From assembly GCA_951406725.2 (NCBI GenBank), contig OX597824.1:86924001-86988000 (forward strand): DNA of 64,000 nucleotides. The letters run 5' to 3'. Within the stretch, counting starts at the first letter, position 1, and every line of letters begins with the position of its first letter. The DNA comes from Octopus vulgaris. Lineage: Eukaryota. A model generated the notes under the pieces. That model did not search any database. It was given only the letters and a program-made list of their open reading frames with translations, and was not told where the DNA came from. Positions 10,905 to 22,872 of this stretch are shown here, piece by piece. Both the position numbers and the translations under genes were made by a program.

Positions 10905-11974
10905 GTAAGACCTTTATAAATTCTTTAAGTAGTATACGATACAAATGAGATGACTTTTTTTTTTCCCAAATGGAAAATTTTGTCAACAAATAGCCTTGAC
11001 AAATTTTTCTGCTTTGTAGGGTAATTTACCTAGGATTCCTGCCATTTTAATGGCAATTCTACATTCAAAGAATAAATATCATCTTATTTGTATTGTACAA
11101 TACACATTTTGATACAAAAAAAACCAACAAAAACAAATGTTATTTGTGTCTGGGGAGAGTCCTTTTCTTTTTGTGCCTTATAATTTAACACGCTCACTAG
11201 TAAAATTTCCACTTCTTTCAGTTTCTATCTACCAAATTCACTCGCAAGGCTTTGGTCAACCCAGAGCTGTATTAGAAAACACTTGCCCAAGGTGCTAGAC
11301 GGTGGGACTAAACCCAGAACCATGTGGTTGAGAAGCAAACTTGTTACTACACAGTGATTCCTGTACCCTTACTTAGAAAACAGGTAAAGGTTGGTGACAG
11401 AAAGAGCATCCAGCTATAAAAGTCCTGCCTCAGTTACCTCCCATTTAATCCATACCAGTCTAGAACAAAAAACAAGCTAAATGCAGTCTTGTGATAGTTG
11501 GAGTTGGGGGGCTCCTTTGAATACTTTGTGTTTGTATAGTGATTTAAAGGCACTTGGGAATTGTCTCCTATCATTTCTAAGCTAATGAGGAGATTCATTA
11601 ATAAGGGAGCAATGCAAAACAACAAAACAACAGCCGCTAAAAGGGTTACTGCAAATTTTGATATTTGCATACTTTTGAAGCAAATGGCTTCACAGCTAAA
11701 GGCCTTTCCTGCTGCTTCTGCTATCTGCTTGATTATGAAATAAGAACAGGACTTTGTTGTTAGTTGGATTGTGTTAAGCAGAATAATATGCCTTGTCTTA
11801 GAAAGACTGTGCTTCCCTTGTGTTATTTATTTATAAACTGTAAGAGAAGAAGCTTTATAGTATGTACTAGCACACATTTACTAAGTTTAATGGAGTTTAC
11901 TGTTTAGTCTCTGGCATCATTAAAATAAATACTAAAATCAAGTAAACTCTGTGCGTGTGTGAGTGTGTGTGTAT

Positions 11975-12150
11975 GTTGCTGAAGCATGGAATAAACTGCC
12001 TGCGTCAGTTGTTGACTGCCATGACACTGCATCCTTTAAGGCCCTCATGCTTTCCGAAATCTGTCGAAACTACACCTGGCTATATATACACTTTCGATGA
12101 GTTGTAGTGCATCTGAGCACTGTACACAATGTTTATTATTATTATTATTA
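11975..12150 (+). mobile_element. CR1-like LINE 3' end with (ATT)n tail
   Basis: gttgctgaagcatggaataaactgcctgcgtcagttgtt (VAEAWNKLPASVV); same family as 33590-33880. Confidence 0.85.
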
Positions 12151-13038
12151 TATATATATACACATACACACACACTCTTTGTATTGGTAATTAACTAGTA
12201 CCTTCTTAGGATTTTGCTATTCCTGAATGAGGTTTGTAACCTTTAATTGTGTGTGTGTCTGTGTTCGGATTGTCCTTGCACAGAGGGACAGAAACTGAAA
12301 GAAGTCTTTGTGTCTATCAGCACCACCGTCACTTGTCAACTGGTGTTGGTGTGTTTACGTTCTTGTAACTTAGCGGTTCGGCAAAAGAGAATGATAGAAT
12401 AATTACTGGGCTTAAAATAATTCTTCAAGGTGGTACTCCAGCATGGTCTAAGTCTAATGACTGAAACAAGTAAAAGATACATATATATATATATAATATT
12501 TTTTCTATCACCTTGACTTAACAGCCCTCACCGTTTGTTTTTACTGTTTTTGTTACCATTTTCACCCTCTGCAAAAAATCCCAAATTTTATTTAATTTGC
12601 TTTGCGGGAAGGACTGTTTCAACGAAGTCGCGTCTTGTCCTTGCCTTCAAAACATGGAATAGATGAAACAGGGACAACTGAAGAAGGGGAATATTCCTTA
12701 TGTTGTATGTCTCGTTTCTCATTGTTTTCAATGTTTTTTTGATGTTCTGTACCCATATATGCATGTATATATATATATATATATACACATATATATGTAG
12801 GTATGTACATATATGTATGTAATATGCATATATTTATATATTATTTATATATATATATATTCGCCATGATAGATTTGTAGCCACTACACATTCTTTATTT
12901 TCTCTCCTTGTTTCATTCTGTGTTCCTTTCTGTGGAAGAGCGTAGGCTCAAAACTTTAAAGACTTTTTCAATTCCCGAGCGTTATACTAATACATCTGTT
13001 TGTTTTCTAGACCACCTGTCTTTGTCTTTTTCATGAAT

Positions 13039-13117
<79 letters not shown>

Positions 13118-13180
13118 CTACTGTACAAAGAAATAAGACCTGTGTTTCTAATTACAATATTGTATTTTATTTTCCTCTAG

Positions 13181-13380
13181 GTATCAACAGTGGTACCGAA
13201 TCCATCAAACTACTTCCACCCACATGATTTGGCTATTGATCCATTCTCTCATCATATTTATTGGTCATGTTCTCAGAATAATGTAATCAATGTCACTCAC
13301 ATCGATATGACAGATGTCGGTACTGTGGTCAGCGACACGGAAGAAAAGCCTCGGTCACTTGTTCTGAACCCAGAACAGGG
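13181..13380 (+). CDS. LRP6: LRP5/6 exon, propeller 4
   Basis: ttcctctag|GTA acceptor, GG|gtacgt donor; PHDLAIDPFSHHIYWSCSQNNVINVT...KPRSLVLNPEQG. Confidence 0.93.
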
Positions 13381-13481
13381 GTACGTATTACTTTGTTGCT
13401 GTTGTCGTTCCGTGTGTGCCTGTCTCCATTCATATTTCCATTTCATTTGTTCTTACTCAATTATCTTTATTGTCGTTGCAG

Positions 13482-15048
13482 TCATATTTATTGGACCAAC
13501 ATGGTGAAACCTCCGAAGATTGAAATGGCCGCCATGGATGGAACGGAAAAAACTGTCCTTTTTGGAAACGACTTGAAACACCCAACTGCTCTGACCATTG
13601 ATTACAAATCCCAGCGTTTATACTGGTCCGACTTGGAATTAAACCGCATCGAGTGTTCCGACCTTTCCGGTGGGAACCGGAAAATTCTCGTCGACAGTGA
13701 AATTGAACATCCAAACGGATTAGCTGTTCTCGGACAATACGTTTACTGGATTGATAAAGACCAACAGCTTATCCAGTGGGTCGATTATGCTGATACCCAT
13801 GTAAGATATCGTATGCAAGGTCGTCGCATTCAGGGATTAACCGATATCCATGCTGTTCAGATGATTAGTGAAGAAGACTTTCAAAAGCATCCCTGCTACC
13901 CTGACACTGGCAAATGTTCTCATATTTGCGTAGCGAAAGGGGATGGTACTGCACGTTGTTCTTGCCCGGTAGCCCTGGCTCTTACAAACGACGAGCAAAC
14001 TTGCTCAGACCCACCAACTTGCTCTCCTGAACAGTTCACATGTGTTACGGGCGATATCAAATGTATCCCTGCTGCATGGCACTGCGACGGTATTGCCGAG
14101 TGTGTCGACGAATCGGACGAAAGCAACTGTCCTGTCATGACAATGCGTTTTACTTGTGCTAACGGCGACGTGATAAAAAAGATTTTGGTTTGCAACGGCG
14201 AGAAAGACTGCGAAGACGGTTCCGACGAAGAGAAATGTTGTCCCAGTGGTCAAACGTATTGTAATGACGGCCCTTGCATTAATTCTGAGTTACGCTGCAA
14301 CAAGCGAGACGACTGTCCAGACGGTTCTGACGAGTGGGACTGTCAGTTCCCTAGACCAGCACCTATGCGTGATACCAACACTGCTCAATACACCGTCGGT
14401 TTTGTGGTGGTCTTTGTCTCATTGCTTATATTAGTTATTGTGTTTGCTTGTCGCCGCAAGTCCCCACCGAATACTGCCAACGATCATGAAATAATGATGG
14501 TTAATAAACCTTTAAATCCTTGCCCCAAAAATATCACTCCCCCACACACAATGTTTTCTCGTGGTAAATCTGTTGGAACTGGTTTGTCCCTGAGCTCAGG
14601 CCCTGCCCCTCTTTACGACAGGAATCACGTGACGGGGGCTTCATCCAGCAGCTCCACTGTAACACAATATCCGAAAGGAACACTAAACCCACCGCCAACC
14701 CCCGTCACAGACCGTTCATTATACACGGGAGATTTCTGTTACTCTTCCAATAGTCCTTCCACGGTTCGTTCATTTCGGACATACAAGTTCCGGCACATTC
14801 CTCCACCACCAACAACCCCTTATAGTACAGATGTGTATGAAGAAAGTGAACCCTACCCATGTCAGAAGTACTATTTAAATCACTCGCTAATCGAACTTAG
14901 TTACGATTCTGCCCCACACCCTCCGCCACCTTCTCCACGGAGTCATTATTTATCTGACGATATGAGTTGTCCTCCATCACCTTCTACAGAGCGTAGTTTC
15001 AATCCCTATCCACCACCTCCGTCACCTGTTGCAACTTCCGACTACTGA
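13482..15048 (+). CDS. LRP6: LRP5/6 terminal coding exon: end of propeller 4, EGF4, 3 LDLa repeats, TM helix, cytoplasmic tail with five PPP(S/T)P-type motifs
   Basis: gttgcag|T acceptor; HIYWTN...LYWSD...CSHICVAKG...FTC...DESDE; TM segment VGFVVVFVSLLILVIVFAC; YDRNHVTGASSSSS, PPPTP, PPTTP, PPPSPRS, CPPSPSTERS, PPPSP; TGA at 15046-15048. Confidence 0.95.
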
Positions 15049-17925
15049 GACAATAACAGCTGTGTTTTGCCCCCGACCCCTTCTATAAGAGATTGTATTT
15101 TTTGTCATTCCTGAAGAAGCTGCTTATTCACAGCTCTGCCATTGTAACTTACCACGATCAGATTGCTGTTCAATCTTCTGGGTGTTGTTATTGCTTGCTC
15201 ATGTTAGCATTGCAGCCCTTAACCTTTTAGAATCTGTTGCAAATTGTTGTATTCCAAGGTGGTTTTTTTTTTTTTTTTTTTTTTTTTTTCAAATTTTTTT
15301 TTATTTTGGTAGCTTTTGCTACAGAAAATAAACCATAGCAATATGTTATGAGAATGATCACAGTCTGTGAAATTACTTATTGCTGCTGAAAATACCATGG
15401 AGATAATGAACTATGATAACAGCTCCTGATCTAGGGGAGGGTGTTGTGTCGCCTGTGTTAGCCCATGCTAAATTCTAACGATTATACACTTTTATTTCAC
15501 ATGCAATGGTTATTTACATTGCTGTTGGTGAATGCAATGCTTTGTTTGAGATCGTTTCTCTTTCAAACTTTGTGTACTGCGTTTAGGGCAATGAAACTCG
15601 ATGACTCCACTGATTCTAAAAGTGTAGTAACGTCATTACTGGATATTGACAACCGTTCAATCGCACGCATTAATACACTGCTTGTCTTTTCAGAAATGTC
15701 TGGGGAAAGTTATGGAAAAAAAATAAAACAAAAACAAACGAAAAAACGAAAAAAAAACACAACAAAAAAACGTCCACTCCTTCCTATGGACGTTGGCAGA
15801 TTTGAAACCCATTCATTTGATAACTGATGGTGATATTTCTCTCAAAAGATTTAGATAGGATGTTTACATGATAAATGGTGCACAACATGAGTTTGAAATA
15901 TTAGAAAGTCCATTCCTTCATTGGTCCTATTTATGAATCTCTCTCTCTCTCTCTCACTCACTCTCTCTCTCTTTCTCTTGTGTAAAGACTCTAAGTTACA
16001 TATAATTTTTCTATTTCTATTGTCATGAGTTTTATTTTTAAATTCATTCATTCTCTCTTTAATTCATTTTTATACCTCTGGATTTTTTCCTTTTTCCTTT
16101 CCGATTATTATTATTATTCTTCATCTGCTATTTTATCATACAATTACCTGTGATCAGCTCAATCAATCAACCCACCACCCATCCTACATTAATATCTCTG
16201 TCTACTTCCTTCTGGTTTGGATCAATCTAATGTTTCACAGCTGAATTACATGTTTCTGCGAGCTCCATCAAATTATACAAAATATATTTTTGTTGCTAGT
16301 TCAGGTTTACACACATATCTCTTATGATAATATATATATAAAAGCAAAAAGGTTATTAATCTATCTTAATTATCATAGTCCTATTCTCTTTTGGAAATAG
16401 TATGTAACAAATAGTCACTGAACTTTAGATTCTGAATTTTTTTGGTGTAACTAACTTGCAGTTATCGTCTTTGTTACAACTGGTTATCTTCTACAGAGAG
16501 TTTGAAGAACTAATTTCAAATTATTTCTCTCATTTAACAAATAGATTCTGTTCTTCTTTTTTTTCTTTTTATCATTGTCTCTTTGTTTCAAAGACAACAT
16601 CACAAGACACACTGGCTGTAATTCTATGCCTCTCTTTACTGTACTTGTCGATGTTTCTAGACAAACAGCGTTGAGATAAGCTTTTTACATATTCTCTAAA
16701 ACCAGTTGAGTCTTGATAAGGTATTCTTAATACACAGGTGTAAGTTTTGTCCTTAATATAATAATTTAGATTATTTCGCTAGGTATATTTATGGCATTTC
16801 GATAGGTATAATTAAGGCTTTGTTGTAGTCATCAAGGTTTCTAAACAGCATTAAGATAAACTTATCTGTGTTCTTATTTTTAAAACCAATTGAGTCTTGA
16901 TAGGGTAATTTTGATACATAGGGTATAGATATTCTATAAGTGCAAGTTAATTATTTTCGGCATTAGTATAATAATTTAGATTTAACTTATTTCGCTAGGT
17001 ATATTCGTAATATTTTGAAGTTTACCATCTTGTATTTTATTTTTGTTAACTGTAGTACTTTTATATTTTTGTCTAAATATTTTTATTTCAATCCTTTAAT
17101 ATTTTTTTTATTTTATTCAATGCTGATCTTATTATTACTACAGTTTAAGGTTTTTTGTCTTTTCATTTCTCTTCTTAATGTGCTCCACACAGCAGGTGTT
17201 TGTAAATATTGCAGCGGAATTCTTTAAAATGATTAACCATTTTATTAGAATTTTCAACTGGAGCTTGTTGAATTTTGTTTCCTTCTCATATTCTAAATAA
17301 TATCAACTTTCACCACAAATGGTTCTGCTGTTCTTATATCCCTTTTTTTTATGTATTTAAGGCTCTCAAAATCATATCTATATTTTTATTATGATTTTGA
17401 CATCCTTAAGTCCATTGCCAACAAAAAGAAATAAGGACAATTTAGAAAGAGGGCTGAATCAACATTTCTTTCTATTTTGGTTTTGCTTCTAGACTGGTTT
17501 GCAAAGTTTTCATTTTTTTAACTAGTATGTAGCAAATATTTTCTGCTAATCCTAGATTCTGTGAACTGGTTTAGTTTTGTCGAGGGTAGTATAATTTTTA
17601 AGACTAGATTAACCGATTACATTTTCATCTCTAAAATATATGCATTGTACAGGATAAACTAGCATTAAATTTTTAATTATATAACGATAATTTCGACTTT
17701 ACAAGCCTCGTGGGAGTCAACATTGCTATGTAATAAACTCGAAAAAAAATTTTTTTTATTAGTTGTACAAAAATTTATTTTTTTTTTAATATTTTAATTT
17801 GGCTGCTTCTCAAGATTAATTACATCCATTATTCATTATTCATCTTTCACCAGTCAAATGTATAAATGTGTGCGTTCTACAATGAAACTTGAAAAATGTA
17901 ATAAAGGCGTTTTAGCCTACAACAG
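15049..17925 (+). other. Probable long 3' UTR of LRP5/6
   Basis: About 2.9 kb of U-rich sequence free of recognisable TEs after the stop; candidate AATAAA near 17900. The end point is inferred. Confidence 0.45.
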
Positions 17926-18744
17926 ACTCTAAAAAAAATCCAGATAAACCATATTTCTTTCCTCCACTCATCGTCTTCTTCCTGGCAGATTGCTCTCATA
18001 CTGCTGTCATCCAGTCAGCCACTTTGTTACGTAATATTCAGCAACCACTTGTTGCTGTGTATTAATCTGAAAAGAAAAAGAGAACATGAAAAACTGGTGG
18101 CTCAATGTTTATACATCAACTGCTTCTAGCCCATATAGATATATATATATATATATAAAGAAAAACCATGGCATGGTTTAATGCTGACGTCTCTAAGCTT
18201 TTGAAAGGATCTTTTTCTGTGGCTTTTTCTTTTGAAACTTTTCAATTTACCTGATGGAATCTTATTTCAGATTGAGTTTGTTGACTGTCTCTAAAGTAAA
18301 TTCGCTGACCATCAGCATTCATAAAGAAGTGCAACAGAAAGATTTGAAGGCCAAAACAAAAATTTAAAAAATATATAAATAAAAAAAAAAATAAATAAAA
18401 ACGAAACATAACAAAAAGGGCTCATGCAGGGACAATTCTAAAAAAAAAGAAAAAAAAAAGCCAATATTTTATCCTTGTTCACTGAACTTTGAATCTCCAG
18501 CAGTGTGACTGTATTACAGAGAAATTGTAATTTTTAGATTTGTAAAATAAAATTTAAAGATTTTTTTTTTCCTGTTAATTTCATTTTAATAATTTTTGTA
18601 CAATGACGAAATAACATGGGAAGTCTTTTCAAAATATTTTCATGGAGTGTTTTACGTTTGATTTCAGCACAGACAAGTTCGGTAACAAATGGTACTTACA
18701 AAATTCTATTTTGTAACTTTGAAATTTAAAAAATTTTTTTTATT

Positions 18745-19586
18745 TGTTCATCTTCATCTTCATCCTCGTCTTCATCCTCTTCATCAGATTCTTTCTTTTT
18801 CAGAACGTAGGTCTTCTTCCTCTGAGACTCATCAACCCCTTCATTGGGCTTACTCTTTTACTTGTTTCAGTCATTTAACTGCGGCCATGCTGGAGCACCG
18901 CCTTTAATCGAGCAAATCGACCCCGGGACTTATTCTTTTGTAAGCCCAGTACTTATTCTATCAGTACCTTTTGCCGAACCGCTAAGTAACGGGGGCATAA
19001 ACACACCAGCATCGGTTGTCAAGCAATGCTAGGGGGACAAACACACACACACACGCATATATATATACATATATACGACGGGCTTCTTTCAGTTTCCGTC
19101 TACCAAATCCACTCACAAGGCTTTGGTCGGCCTGAGGCTATAGTAGATGACACTTGCCCAAAGTGCCACGCAGTGGGACTGAACCCGGAACCATGTGGTT
19201 GGTAAACGAGCTACTTACCACACAGCCACTCCTGCGCCTCTTGCGGATGTTGAACTCAGTTTTTACACGGTTTTCCTTCTCCGGAGGCCTTCCATTCATC
19301 CAGGGTCATTTGCTTGACGATTTGCTCTTCATCAGGCACTTCAGGATTGGCCTCCGTGGTCTCTGCAGTGGTCTCATTAGGATCCTGGTTTTTGGCATCC
19401 TCTGCTTGGGCACTCCACTCCTGAGTCTCAGTCTCCTTGAGCTGCTCCCTAGAATTGGTCGAATCCATATCATCTTTCATTGTTCCCCAATTGTGGGAGC
19501 CACCACCTTCCTTTTTCTCATCTGCCTTTACTCCAGTTTTATCACTGCCACTGTGTCGTTCAAATTCCCTTTTTCTGCCACGATCA
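18745..19586 (-). pseudogene. SERBP1: SERBP1/HABP4 (Vig-like) RNA-binding protein pseudogene fragment, probably processed
   Basis: Minus strand reads DRGRKREFERHSGSDKTGVKADEKKEGGGSHNWGT...MTLDEWKA, then a frameshift to EKENRVKTEFNIRK, a SINE insertion, then PNEGVDESQRKKTYVLKKKESDEEDED. No introns. Confidence 0.88.
18852..19239 (-). mobile_element. tRNA-derived SINE family 1, inserted in the SERBP1 pseudogene
   Basis: Head aggcgcaggagtggctgtgtggtaag...ggttcagtccc (A/B boxes), tail gaaacaagtaaaagagt, AAG duplication at both ends. Confidence 0.88.
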
Positions 19587-22500
19587 CTGAAACTAATTAT
19601 TCACACTTGATTTTTTTTTTAAATCTATAGGCGCAGGAGTGGCTGTGTGGTAAGTAGCTTGCTTACCAACCACATGGTTCCGGGTTCAGTCCCACTGCGC
19701 GGCATCTTGGGCAAGTGTCTTCTACTATAGCCTCGGGCCGACCAAAGCCTTGTGAGTGGATTTGGTAGACGAAAACTGAAAGAAGCCCATTGTATATATC
19801 TATATGTATATATATGTATGTGTGTTTGTGTGTCTGTGTTTGTCCCCCTAGCATTGCTTGACAACTGATGCTTACAAAGAATAAGTCCTGGGGTTGATTT
19901 GCTCGACTAAAGGCGGTGCTCCAGCATGGCTGCAGTCAAATGACTGAAACAGGTAAAAGAGTAAAGAGTAAGTCATATCTTTCATTTTGTGTTAAATCGT
20001 TGTACAAAATTTTTTCCCTGCATATTCAAACTTGATATTAATTACCATTGCTCCATATATAGCCAGTGCTATGTTAGAAGCACCCTTACTGTCTTCATCG
20101 TCGTCGTTGTCATCGTCTGTGTTTCATACTAGCATGGGTGGGATGGTACCACAAGGCGGCGAGCTGGCAGAAACGTTAGCACGCCAGGCGAAATGCATAG
20201 CTATATTTCGTCTGCCATTACGTTCTGAGTTCAAATTCCGCCAAGGTCGACTTTGCCTTTCATCCTTTCGGGCTCGATAAATTAAATACCAGTTACGCAC
20301 TGGGGTCGATATAATCGACTTAATCCATTTGTCTGTCCTTGTTTGTCCCCTCTATGTTTAGCCCCTTGTGGGTAGTAAAGGAATAGGTATTCCGTCTGCT
20401 GTTACGTTCTGAGTTCAAATTCCGCCAAGGTCAACTTCGCCTTTCATCCTTTTGGGGTCGATAAATTAAGTACCAGTTACGCATTGGGGTTGATATAATC
20501 GACTTAATCCATTTGTCTGTCCTTGTTTGTCCCCTCTGTGTTTAGCCCCTTGTGGGTAGTAAAGAAATAGGTACCACAAGAGCCAGCCAGGCCGAAGCCT
20601 GCACCAGACTTCATGTAAAGAAAAAGCACCTGTGCAGGCACTACATAAAAAAGGATTCCTGTCGGTGCCACATGGAAAGTATCCCTGCCTGTGCCACTTG
20701 AAAGAGCACCTGTATTGGTGCCATGTAAAGAAAGTACCTGTGTCGCTGCTACTTGAAAAAGTATCTGTGCTGGTGCCATGTGAAAAAAAATTCCCATGCC
20801 AGTGTCCTGTAAAAAGCACCTAGTACACTCTGTGAAGTGGTTGGTGTTAGGAAGGGCATCCAGCCATAGAAATGAAGCCAAAACATGACTGGGGCCTAGT
20901 GCAGCTCTCTGGCTTACCAGCTCCTGTTAAATGACGATAGGTGACACCCTAGGCTTTTTTTTTGTGTGTTAAAATCAATGATAAAATAATGTGATTTAAA
21001 TACAAGTAAATATGATAAATCTTTTAACATTTTACTGGCTTTCCTAAATACACTTCTACTTTGCAAGTGTGTTACGATACTCTTTTTACATTTTATATCA
21101 ATATTTCAGAGTAAAAGATGTTAACTAAAAAAATAATCAAATCAGCAGATACATAATGGGTTTCATAATATTGAAATGCTTGAGCTAGAGAAGGGAGAGT
21201 AACTATGTTCATGGTATAGGAAAACATTTTATGCAGTTAATCAATTCTCTCTTTACTTTCTCTTTTACTTGTTTCAGTCATTTGACTGTGGCCATGCTGG
21301 AGCACCACCTTTAGTCGAGCAAGTCGACCCCAGGACTTTTTCTTTGGAAGCCTAGTACTTATTCTATCGTTCTCTTTTGCCGAACCGCTAAGTTATGGGG
21401 ACGTAAACATACCAGCATCGGTTGTCAAGCGATGGTGGGTACAAACATAGACACACAAACATACACACACACACACACATACATATATACGATGGGCTTC
21501 ATTCAGTTTCCGTCTACCAAATCCACTCATAAGGCTTCGGTCGACCTGGGACTATAGTAGAAGACACTTGCCCAAGGTGCCGTGCAGTGTAGAAACACTG
21601 CCAGATCAGACTGGAGCCTGGTGCAGCGTCCTGGTTTTCCAGACCCCGGTCGAACCATCCAACCCATGCTAGCACGGAAAACGGACGTTAAACGATGATG
21701 ATGATGATGGTGGAAAGGATTGGAATCATCATCTAGAAATATCAGGATGTGAGAACGAGAGATAAGCTATTGGTTGAGTCCTGAAGTTCACTTCCTTAAC
21801 CCTTCGACATTCAAACTGGCCATATCCAGCCAACCCGTTTCTACCTGATCACTGACAAAATTCCATGTTGCATCTCTACCTATTCTACCTGTTTCATATT
21901 TAAACCTGATCTGGTTTCTCATGCTTATTCTGCAATCATCATCATCATCGTTTAACATCCGCTTTCCATGCTAGCATGGGTTGGACGATTTGACTGAGGG
22001 CTGGCGAACCAGATGGCTGCACCAGGCTCCAATCTTGATCTGGCAGAGTCTCTAGAGCTGGATGCCCTTCCTAATGCCAACCACTCCGAGAGTGTAGTGG
22101 GTGCTTTTACGTGCCACTGGCACGAGGCCAGTCAGGTGGTACTGGCAATGACCTCGCTTGAATCTTTTTACACATGCCAGTGAAGCGATGTTGCTAACGA
22201 TCACGCTCGAATGTAGCCCTTTTACGTGCCATGGGTATGGAAGCCAGTTGACTGCTCTGGCAATGATCACACTCGGATGGTGCTCTTAGTACCCTACTAG
22301 CGCAGATGCCAGTCATCGATTTTGATTTTGATTTCACTTGCCTCAACGGGTCTTCGCAAGCAGAGTTTTATTCTAAAAATAAGCGATTGCATCATTGGAA
22401 TCTCAAAGCTACAAGATGATGCATAATTAATTAAAAAAATTATGTAAATAAGCAAACACGATAGGTGCGGGTGTGGCTATGTCTAAAGAAGCTCGCTTCT

Positions 22501-22872
22501 CAACCACATGGTTCCAGCTTCAGTCCTGCTGCGAAGTATCTTGGGTAAGTGTTTCCTATTATAGCCTGGAGCCAACCAAAGCCTTGTGAGTGGACTCGGT
22601 AGACAAACCGAAAGTAAGCCATTGTGTGTATAAGTGGGTGAAACTACATGGACATCCCAGACTCTGACTGAAGAGGCAATTGGCTGTGAATGATCTGTGT
22701 ATCTTGTATGGTTGTGTTTGCCATTGTGCTATCATAATGTTTTCTGCATGTTGTGTTTTGACCGTTTCCATTTGTTGTTTTTTCTGTTCTACCTTTGATA
22801 TATATATTGGTAAAAACAGTAAGATAACAAAAGAAAGAAAGAGACCTCAATATTATGTAAATAGAGGAAATT

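Noticed and set aside
13393-13481. N-terminal hydrophobic 'signal peptide' of the 551-aa ORF
   Set aside because: It is the 101-bp intron (13381-13481) read in frame.
18852-19970. SINE heads as tRNA genes; recurring short ORFs such as MSSNARGTNT and MLTPKIIYIKK
   Set aside because: The heads have A/B boxes but no cloverleaf; the ORFs recur only because they lie within repeat copies.
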